Source: Antedon mediterranea (Eukaryota; Animalia; Echinodermata). From it: a DNA stretch of 64,000 bases. The stretch is taken from contig NC_092674.1 of assembly GCF_964355755.1 (NCBI RefSeq), forward strand, positions 26,164,001-26,228,000, given 5' to 3'. Under the pieces are notes generated by a model that was not told where the DNA came from, ran no database searches, and worked only from the letters and a program-made list of their open reading frames with translations. Shown here in pieces: positions 53,517-64,000 of this stretch; the first letter of the stretch is position 1; each line of letters begins with the position of its first letter. The position numbers and the translations under genes are program-made.

Positions 53517-56500
53517 AGGCCAGGTGCGGGCAAAAAATTTCTATTGATCATACATTCCAATAATTGTCGATCTATAGTTTCACCTATGTTTCATAATTTT
53601 TGGAATTTTATTTATGTTACACAAGCTTGTTGAAAATAAGCACTTTCTTATCAGTGGGGGGATAGTTCAAATTACACAGTAAAATCTCTATTCTTTTGTA
53701 CACAAATTTTGTAAATAGAGAGGCATTTTAAAAAGCTATAAAAAATAAACGGTGTGGTAAAAAACGTTATCAGATGACTAAATATAGGTAATATAACTTG
53801 AATATTACATTTCTGATATTTTTATTCAACTTCAGATTTTTATTTTCATGCTATAGCAAAAATTATCCACCGTATATCCACCATCTTTTTTCACCTTCTA
53901 GGGAGTCACCAGACATGTTATTGCATTAGGTTAACAACCTAACTACTGAAAAAAAGTCTTCTTGGTTTTTATAGAAGAATTTAGCCAAATTTTGTATTTG
54001 ACCATATTAAGGGAAATTCATATTTTTTCGTATTGATTTCTGTTACTAACATTTTATTTATGTACAATTAACCAAATATTATATTTAAATTCATGCCTGT
54101 ACCTGAGCTTTAAAGGTTAGTAGTAATAGTATTATAGTACTACTCTAATGATTATGCACCCACCAATATCCTTTTATAAAAGAGAAGTGATTTTTGTATT
54201 TTTGTATTTGTGCAGCGAGGCCTGTATTTTTTGTAAGGAAGTAATGAAGGAAAAACATGATATGCCTTTAAAGTACTCAGTACATTATTCACAATTAATA
54301 AATAATAGAGTGCAGTGATGCAACAATAACATACTGCTTTTGTTGGATGATGCAATTATAGTCTGCAGCCAGAAATCCAGGTGTTCTGTTCACACGATAA
54401 ATCAGGTTGTATACGAGTCGTAGCAAAATGGATTCGTCTTTTAAAGTTGCAGGCGGAAAAATATGGAATAACTTGCCAGCAGATATAAAACATTCACCCA
54501 CGATTATGTCCTTTAAAGCTAGATACAGATCTCATTTCTTTTCATAACATTTAACTTCCAGTTTTTATTTTTTGTTGCTATTATTATTAATTGTAATTGT
54601 ATAAGATTTAAATTTGTATCCGTTTTTGTCGACAGGACCACAATGTAAAACAAGTTTATTTCTACTTGATTGTGTATTATCCTGTATAAATATGTTGTTA
54701 AATAAATAAATAAATAAATAAAAAAAGAGGTCTAATTTACTCAATAGGACAGAATTTAATAGTCTATATTTTATTATTAATTAGCTTGCGAGACGTTACA
54801 ACTAATAATAGGTCGCACACACTACTGTACAGCCAGCAGGACACTCTCCTAAACACACATGAAATGGAGGGCCTTGCCTACTATGAACATGGAGGAAAAA
54901 TGTGAACGAGATGAAGAAACCTTAAAAAAAATTAACATACCTTTTTTAATGTTGCTTTCGTCGGTCGGTGTTCTGAAGAAACACAAAATGGTACTACCGT
55001 CTGATCTTTCGCGCACTTTTAAAATACAAACATTTAAACATAACATCAGTGAGTGTGCAAGTATTGTTTAGTGGTTTTGGATCTAATGTACTTGTATACC
55101 ACCCTCAAGAGTCAAGTCAGTCCCTTTATTGATGATTTATAAACCGTATGGTTTTACCGTTATAATATCAATTGAAATATATCTCGACAATGCCGTAATA
55201 ACTCTTGCAATAACAACTGATATTAGGGTATTTTTTTATAGCACAAACCTTTCTGTGTGAACTTCTATTGAAAACTTATGTAAACAAACAAAGAGTGTTC
55301 TCTGTTTTAAGTAAAAAAAATGTAAAAACTAAACGATGTAATGATAATATGATATTAAAAAACAGTCTAAGAGAGATAAAATGTTTTATACTGTATAATT
55401 AATTTATTATTTCTCTAACATCTTTAAATAATTACATAATTTTATAACATTCTTTGTCCATATATTAATGTATTTTTTAAACAATTTGTTAACTATTTTA
55501 TTACAAACACGCATAACCGACTTTACTAATGCCGAACATTTTGCATGTACATATATTATATATTAACATAACATTTGCGTGATTAAAATAAAAGACATTT
55601 AAAATATTGAAAAATATAAAGAGCAAACATTTCTAGAAAAACACAACATGAGTGATCCCAAGGTCGAAGTTCAAATCAGATGTCAGGATTTATTTATAAA
55701 GTTAACTTATAAAAGTCTTTAGTATGAATTTGTGTAGAGCATGGGTGTATCCAGGGGGTTGCTTTTGTGCACACGCTCCCTTTTTGACGATAAGTTAAAA
55801 TTATGACCTACATTTTGATATCTATATCAAACTAGGTTAGCACTTCCCCATTAGGCCTTTATGTGACAAATAAAATATTATGTCATATCACTACCATATT
55901 TGGGCAAATCACTACCATATTTGGGCAAATCACTACCATATTTGGGCATATCACTACCATATTTGGGCATATCACTACCATATTTGGGCACATCACACTT
56001 TTTTTGTCAAACCAATTTGATTAGTCTGTTTAGGCTAAGACAATATTAATTTTCTTATTTTTATGCCAAATAAATATCATTATTATGGTTATCATAGCAT
56101 TCTGTGAAAAAAAAAGTCAGCAAAAAAGTAAACTAAAAATTACTAAGAGCAGAACAAACCCTTACCCAATACTTTACCCGCCACCAATTTTTAAAGATGT
56201 ATTGTCTCTTGAAACACAAAAAATGAAAAAAAAAAAAAAAAATTCTAATTTTAAATGGACCATATCAAAGTAATATTAAAGTTATTCACTTTAAGTCGAA
56301 AATTCGAGTCAAAAACAACAAGTTTACATAATTAACAGGTAAATTAATTTGATTACATTTCGTCTCTAAAATCGTCACGAGTGAAAGTAAATAAAGATTT
56401 CAAACCATTAGTATGCATTATGCATGACCAGGACGACCTTTTTTCAGTAGTTAGGTAATTAACCTAATGTAATAACATGTCTGATGACTCCCTTGACGGT

Positions 56501-56850
56501 GAAAAAAATACAGTGGATAATTTTTGCTATAGCATGAAAATAAAAATCTGAAATTGAATAAAAATATCAGAAATGTAATATTCAAGTTATATTACCTATA
56601 TTTAGTCATCTGATAACATTTTTTACCACACCGTTTATTTTTCATAGCTTTTTAAAATGCCTCTATTTAAAAAATTTGTGTACAAAAGAATAGAAATTTT
56701 ACTGTGTAATTTGAACTAAGAAAGTGCTTATTTTCAACAAGCTCGTGTAACACAAATAAAATCCCAAAAATTATGAAACATAGGGGAAACTAAAGATCGA
56801 TAATTATTGGAATGTATGATCAATAGAAATGTTTTGCCCGCACCTGGCCT
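53517..56850. mobile_element. Kolobok-like non-autonomous element with ~430-450-bp TIRs and TTAA TSD
   Basis: TTAA|AGGCCAGGTGCGGGCAAAA ... TTTTGCCCGCACCTGGCCT|TTAA. 53517-~53968 is the reverse complement of ~56427-56850. AG/CT termini with a TTAA duplication fit Kolobok rather than piggyBac (CC/GG). Confidence 0.8.
54200..54727 (+). mobile_element. 5'-truncated LINE (CR1/L2/Crack-type) 3' end
   Basis: ORF2 C-terminal remnant FKVAGGKIWNNLPADIKHSPTIMSFKARYRSHFFS*, 3' UTR motif GGACCACAATG..AAGTTT (a similar tail occurs at ~28690-28803) and a (TAAA)n/poly-A tail. Confidence 0.7.
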
Positions 56851-57368
56851 TTAATAACTATTATGATACTTTCAAATAACCCACTTTTTTTCAAAATATT
56901 AAACAAAATTTTTTTGTTTAATTAGTCAAAGGGACAATACATCTTTAACAAAACAAGACAAATTATACAAGACAAATATTGAATAAAAATGAAAGAGAGG
57001 GGTATGAATGTTGGATATGAGTAAAATTGTTTAAAAACACCATTTCCTTCCCACTACAAAATTTGTCTCTGAAGATACGGAGACTACTTAATTTGAATAC
57101 AGATTAATTATATCAGTTTTAGTTATAACAGAAACACAAAGGTAAAATATAAGATATATTTACACCAAAAGAAGAACTATGAGTCTCGAAAACATGGCTT
57201 CTAAATTATTTACAAACCAATTCATTTTTTAAATGACTCCTAAAACAATGGCAGTAAAGTAGCACTTTCATAGTTAGATAACTTGTGCTTTTTATACTAT
57301 TAGTATTAGTTATACTGGCTATGGTATAAATATACATTTATATTATTATTATTTAGTTGAGAGCAGAG

Positions 57369-58580
57369 TCTAGTCTCAACAATGTTAAGTGTAGCTTCCA
57401 CAATGATCGAGATAAGTGTAGCCTCCACAATGATCGAGATAAGTCTACCCTCAACATTTATCGAAATAAGTCAGGCCTCAACAATTATTGAGATAAGTCT
57501 AGTCTCAACAATGATTGAGATAAGTCTAACCTCCACAATGATCAAGATAAGCCTAGTCTCAACAATGATCGAGATAAGTCTAACCCCACAATAATCAAGA
57601 TAAGTCTAGCCTCCACAATGATCGAGATAAGTCTAGTCTCAACAATGATCGAGACAAGTCTAGTCCCAACAATGATCGAGATAAGTCTAACCTCAACAAT
57701 GGTTGAGATAAGTCTAGCCTCAACAATGATTGAGACAAGTCTAGCCTCAACAATGATCAAGAAAAGTCTAGCTTCAACAATGATCAAGAAAAGTCTAGCC
57801 TCAACAATGATTGAGATAAGTCTAGCCTCAACAATTATCGAGATAAGTCTAGTCTCAACAATGATCAAGATAAGTCTAACCTCCACAATGATCAAGATAA
57901 GTCTAGCCTCCACAATGATCGAGATAAGTGTAGTCTTAACAATGATCGAGACAAGTCTAGCCTTCACAATGATCGAGATAAGTCTAGTCTCAACAATGAT
58001 CGAGATAAGTCTAACCTCAACAATGGTTGAGATAAGTCTAGCCTCAACAATGATTGAGACAAGTCTAGCCTCAACAATGATCAAGAAAAGTCTAGCCTCA
58101 ACAATGATCGAGATAAGTCTAGCCTCAACAATTATCGAGATAAGTCTAGTCTCAACAATGATCAAGATAAGTCTAACCTCCACAATGATCAAGATAAGTC
58201 TAGCCTCCACATGATCGAGATAAGTGTAGTCTCAACAATGATCGAGACAAGTCTAGTCTCAACAATGATCGAGACAAGTTTAGCCTCCACAATGATTGAG
58301 ATAAGTCTAGCCTCCACAATGATTGAGATAAGTCTAGCTTCAACAATGATCAAGATAAGTCTAGCCTCAACAATGATCAAGAAAAGCCTCAACAATGATC
58401 AAGAAAAGCCTCAACAATGATCGAGATAAGTCTAGTCTCAACAATGATCGAGATAAGTGTAACCTAAAAAATTATCGAGATAAGTGCAGTCTCAACAATG
58501 ATCGAGATAAGTCTAATCTCAACAATGGTCGAGATAAGTCTAGACTAAAGAATGACGCTATAAGTGTAGCCTCAACAAAT
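57369..58580. repeat. 27-bp minisatellite (AAGTCTAGCCTCAACAATGATCGAGAT), roughly 45 copies
   Basis: Direct tandem array; the ORFs on both strands are 9-aa periodic translations. Confidence 0.95.
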
Positions 58581-58769
58581 TACCACACTAATGGAGTCGA
58601 GTTACTGTAAGTGTACCCTAAAAAATGACCAGAGGTAAGTGAACCTCAATGAAGTGTTCCTTCAATAACAAAGGTAATTGTGAAGTTATGTAATTATTTT
58701 ATTATTTGGCCAAGTGTGGCCAAAACAATAACCAAGCCTCTCATGAAAGGCAACCGAGCTGCACATGGC

Positions 58770-61700
58770 CTATGTTGAATTACCCACAAATGTGTCTTCA
58801 TAACTAAACGTTGAAGACACTGAGACAGGTGACATGGGCGGAGTTGTAGGCGAGGAGGAACCGGTCTTTAATTGTTTGTAACAGGGCCGGCAAACCGGTG
58901 TGGGTCGTTGAGAATAGTGACCAGGTAGTGATGTCTGCTTGTCGATGCAACGTATACAAAAAACATGACCACAACGCCAGCAATGGTACTGAAAAACAAT
59001 CGGAAAGAAATTCGCAAGAATGAAAACTACTCATGAAATTACATAAGCTTAAGTTTAAAAAACACAATTATTACGTAAAAATATTCCAACACTTACCTTT
59101 CTGCTGAAATGATCAAAAGGCGTTGCGCACGAACACTGCCGTATATTTCTGATCCTTTTCCAATCAATGCAAACCGACTCCATCGCTAAGTTTAATAAAT
59201 TTGCCGATAAAATGTCATCGCTATCTGTACTATATCTCGTATTTTCTGTCTGTACTTCTTGCGTCGGTATATGCACTCCATTTTGTGTCATTGTATTTTC
59301 TTTATTTAATTGTTCATCACTTCTTTCATGATTTAATACAGTTCTTTCATCTTCCGTTTCTTCTGTTACGTTCTCTTTAACAAGTTTTACCGGTTTTGTT
59401 TCAGTTTTCTTTCCTAATAACTTCTTAAGTTGTCCTATTTTCTGCAAAACATGATATTATTTTGATTACAGATGTATTGTCTTCCAAAACATGAAAAATG
59501 AAGATTAAAAAACATTAAATCTACTATATTGTAGTTTTAACAAAGTTAATCACTTCCATAGAAAAAAAAAAATAAAAAAAATTATGTTATCACTTATTAA
59601 ATAACAAAAACAGTTAATTTCAAACAAAAATCCATTGGCAGGATAAGTTTTTTCAGGTAAATAATTTTTTTTTCTGATTTTTTGGTCAAAGTGAGTAACT
59701 ACAGTATTATGGGACATTAAAATGCCATATTAAAAAAATAAATATAAAAAATTGTTTTTCAGGGGGACAATATATCTTTAATTGTTATTGCTCTTCTTGT
59801 AAAGAATATACTTATATTCCACATAATTAACATTTGTATGGAAATTCAATGCAGAAACAATTTATATACCCTCACATTTAGAATGGCCACATGGTAAGGA
59901 GAGATGAAATAAATTTATTTTTTATTTAAAAACAATAATACGTACATCTTCAAGAAATTTTTTATGGTCAGAAAGTGATGATGAGCGGTCCTTCATGGCA
60001 CTTAGCACGTCTTGTACAGATTCTCGCGGGTGAAGACCATTCTCAAAGCGGTTGTACATCCCACGCCAAAGTCTAAAATATATGTAAAATAATTTGAGCA
60101 AAAAGTTGACATTCCTTGAGCCCTAAACTCTGTCTACACTATCAAACATTATGTGACAAAAAAGTGTGATGTGCCCATATATGGACATGATGATGTCATA
60201 TAACTACCATATTTAGGTATATCATCACCATATTTGGGCACAAATCGTGTATTAAACAATTAAGCCAATCAAGGTGTTACAGCTAAAGCCTAGATCAGTT
60301 CTAGACAAATCCAGAATTGTACAGATCGACTTATAAACTAATCAGTATAAGAGATTGACTGGTAGGGCATTATTGAAGAAATAGGGCATTATTGAAGAAA
60401 TAATGCCCTAGAAAATATATACAAATTTTGTTTGTTTTGGTGTGTGCATATTACAATACACTTACTTGAACATTTGTGGACTTGTATTTGGTTTCAGAAT
60501 TCCCTTGGTGACTGGATGGTCTCTACGATACAATGGGTTCACATAGTCTGACAAACGATTTTTCATGTAACCCCATAATGAATATGTTCGTTCTGACAAT
60601 CTGCAATAACACAAGATTTAGGTTCATTCATTCATCAGTGGAAAATTACTTCAAATATACAAAAACAATTACAAAGTGTCACATCACTTTCGTACTGTAT
60701 ACTGACAATCATTCAGTGCCCGAACGGCAGATGGGTATGACCAACTAGCCATCCATTCATAGAAGTACTTATGTAGCACCTATCTGTACGGCAACTACAG
60801 AATGTGACCCAAGACATGACCACGACTTTTAGTTGATAGAAGATTGAAAAAATTATTAAGAGTAGTTGTACAGTACGTGGATGAAATATATAAATATTTC
60901 AATAATGTTTACATTCTAGGCATACTAACATTAATGTTAGTATAAAAAATGTTGAGTTAATTTAGATATAAGGACGAAAACCAGGTAAAATTATGTAATA
61001 AAAATTATATATTTCTATGCAAAAATTTGGGCTTCTTTTGTAAGATGAAAAGTTTAGTGTAAAAATATGGACACAAGATTTGAAGTAAAAGCGATGAATT
61101 ACCTAGACTCGCCTCTCTTTTTCTCACAATTGCCAAGAAACGTCCCAAACTGACACGAGTACACATGGTCATGCACTTCCAGTAGGAATCGTTCGTTAAA
61201 CTGGAATGCGCATGGAAACTGCTCCATCAAATGCCAGACGCCCTCTATGAACTGCGTGAACACAGGTGATTGCTCTTTTGAATCAAAATTAATGAGACCG
61301 CATCGATCAAGAAATTTGTGACCAAATGCTAGCCATTCTTTTTCTACTAGTACCTGTAATAAAAGGAAAATATGTTTTTAACCAATCATATGGCAAAGAC
61401 ACACTTAGGCACACCATGGAGATCTATTTTTATACCTCCATGGGCACACAATACAAAATCAACCAATCAAATTGCAAGGATACACTTAGGCACACAATAC
61501 AAAATCAACCAATCAAATTGCAAGGATACACTTAGGCACACAATACAAAATCAACCAATCAAATGGCAAAGATACACTTAGGCACACAATACAAGATCAA
61601 CCAATCAAATGGCAAAGATACACTTAGGCACACAATACAAAATCAACCAATCAAATGGCAAAGATACACTTAGACACAAAATACAAGATCAACCAATCAA

Positions 61701-62871
61701 ATGGCAAAGATACACTTAGACACAAAATACACAATCAACCAATCAAATAGCATGGATACACTTAGGCACCCAATACAAGATCAACTAATTAAATGGCAAA
61801 TTGTACACTCACCTGAAAACCTTGAATCGTTCTATAGTATGGGTCTAGTATCATTCCTGCAAGGGAACATGTCTGTGCTGTACGGTCCCAACCATCTGAG
61901 CAATGTACTAAAACACTAACAGCCTCTTCAGACACAGCCTACAAACAGACACAGATTCTTTTGGTAAAAAAACATTATAACCTCTATTATTTCGACACAA
62001 GGAAGTGTTCTTTTGATATAGGTGTGTCCCTTGAATAGGGTTGTTTGTAGTGTTGAAACATATATTTCCCTTCATTTGGTATTGTCCCCTTAATAGCGGT
62101 GTCCCCTGGATAGGGATGTCCTAGAAGAGGGGTTGAACTATAAAAAGCAGTATTGATATTAAAAACTACAATTTAGTCAGAATAATCTTAGAGACCATTT
62201 ATCTTCACAGGCTAGTAGAGTATATCCAGTTTGAATTTATATTACAATATATGCCGCTACGATCAAGGGTTAAAGGTCAGTTTTTATAATTTTTGATTCT
62301 TAATCCCGAGGATGATTAAAGCATATTGATCGAAACGTTTGGAAACTCAACAGTTCTTTTATTTTGCTCTGAAATATTCATACAATAAATTTTAAAAAGC
62401 AAACTTAAATCTTTGAATAATATGTAATGCGAGTGAATGCATATCTAAAAGACATCTGTTGATGCATTTATTTTTCATACTTATTTAACTGTTCATAAGC
62501 TAATAATCCATGTAACTGATGGTTTACATATCTGTACCATTTTATAGCATTAGTAGAGATTTTATGACGATTCACAATGAAAAAAAAATCATATTCAAGA
62601 ATCAATTAAACCAAATCTGATAATGGATATGGGTTCTGCTATATTTTAAAATTCTTATTTGAAGTGTTTTGTATTTGTTGTCTTTTTTTTGTCCTCTAAG
62701 CTGGGATGTTTGTTACATTCTTATATTTTATATTTGAAATAAAGGATGATTTTATATATACCTTAGCTATAAATAATGATGTGTCCATGACTGCTTTGAT
62801 ATGCTTTAACCAACCACTGTTTTCAATTCCACTTACTAATGCTTCCATACTTGGGTTTTTCAATTCACATA
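58770..62871 (-). CDS. Myotubularin-related phosphoinositide 3-phosphatase (MTMR6/7/8 subfamily) with C-terminal FYVE finger. 3' exons: 62871-62762, 61938-61813, 61353-61103, 60600-60466, 60072-59946, 59441-59097 and 58988-58770; the 5' part lies beyond the window
   Basis: [12 protein letters not shown], catalytic [49 protein letters not shown] and [35 protein letters not shown]. All junctions are GT-AG and phase-compatible. Confidence 0.92.
61378..61800. repeat. 46-bp minisatellite filling a myotubularin intron
   Basis: The unit AACCAATCAAATGGCAAAGATACACTTAGGCACACAATACAAAATC recurs at 61461, 61507 and onward, about 8-9 copies. Confidence 0.9.
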
Positions 62872-64000
62872 CTAAAAAAATGATATAATTAGATATTCTC
62901 ACATTCTTTATTTTTCAATACCAAAGAATACAAATTTTGTTGTTTCTGTTTTCACTCGTAAGTCAGAATTTACTAGTCTTATCTAGTACATCTAGAAGAG
63001 ATTGAATAAAGAAATGAGTTTAGGCAGAGGTCCCAACTTGGGAAAGTCCATTCGCAGGAGATTTTGTCGTGAACCACATTCAATTCGTCGGGGCGTCGAA
63101 AGTCAACGCGCGGGGAATCAAAAATCAACACGCGTGTCGTTTACGTCTCCTAATTAACTAAATATGTTACATATACAGTATATACAATATTTACACATAA
63201 GTTGGTTTAATTTTTACATAGGTTTATCCATCATTATTTTTACATTCTTATTTTTTTTATGGACACATCCTCAGTACAAAGAATTTAAAAAATATATACT
63301 GTATTTTAACTAAAATTCAGTATATAAAATAATTTAACTTAATTACATAATGTACAATATTTACACATGATAGTATTGCCCAATAGAATTTACTCATTTT
63401 TTTTAGGCACAGGCCTAGCATAGGGCTTCTACTATACTAGGCCCTAGCTAGCTACCATTTTAAAACCCAAAAACAATCGAAATAAACTATTCCGAATCCG
63501 TCTTATGCTACATTACGCGAGTTAACATATTATTTCAGATGAAAAACATTGAGTTTTATATTGTTTTATCCATACGTAATTACACTGGCATTAAAGATAT
63601 AACATTAAAATGTAGGCCGTTTATGAGCTATTTCGCCGATTTCTTATCGCTGGGAAATTCCCCACCATCGACATCGATCGATCGAGGAGTAGGCCTAGGC
63701 TAGAATAGAATAGAGGCCTAGCGTGCATGCCGGAACGGGTGGATTATTGCAATATAAATAACAAGTTTGAACAAAAGAGCTTACGACAGTCTTAGGTAAA
63801 TTTTTATTAAACGTAGGCCTACTTGCTTGGCGAATCCATATGCCTTTTAAATCATTTGAACATGTTCGTATTATCGGATCGTACAGTAAAACCAAATAAA
63901 ACACCGTCTCAACAACCTCGTGCGATGTGCGATCTGTTGTTCTTTGCAGCGGATCAACATTGGTAGAGTCCATTAATTATGAGGGTGTTTAAAAATGTAA

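Noticed and set aside
57066-57195. CTGAAGA...GAGACT/AGTCTC-GAAA as a hammerhead ribozyme
   Set aside because: Stem II does not abut the core, the loop would be ~100 nt, and I find no convincing stem I or cleavage triplet.
57382-58610. Long ORFs (198-222 aa) on both strands
   Set aside because: They stay open only because the 27-bp unit lacks stops in some frames; there is no splice or domain support.

Overview
This is AT-rich animal genomic DNA with spliceosomal GT-AG introns, most likely an invertebrate deuterostome; echinoderm-like is a guess. Left to right it contains: (1) the 5' exons of a START-domain lipid-transfer gene (STARD10/PCTP-like, minus strand), head-to-head with (2) a complete multi-exon AASDH/ACSF4 NRPS-like gene (adenylation, phosphopantetheine carrier and PQQ-type beta-propeller domains; plus strand); (3) a convergent orphan type-I membrane mucin with a SEA-like GSIIV module; (4) a tandem cluster of three class-I glutamine-synthetase-like (lengsin family) genes with intronless CDSs, two intact and one a chimeric pseudogene; (5) the 3' part of an MTMR6/7/8-type myotubularin with a C-terminal FYVE finger. 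Introns and intergenic DNA are dense with non-autonomous DNA transposons (Tc1/pogo-, PIF/Harbinger-, MULE-, hAT- and Kolobok-like), tRNA-derived SINEs, LINE 3' ends and minisatellites. The best candidate for new biology is the GS-I-like cluster: it keeps the metal/ATP/glutamate-binding core but lacks the ammonium-handling residues, which suggests an expanded animal gamma-glutamyl-amine ligase family. All exon boundaries and family calls were read by eye, without database searches.
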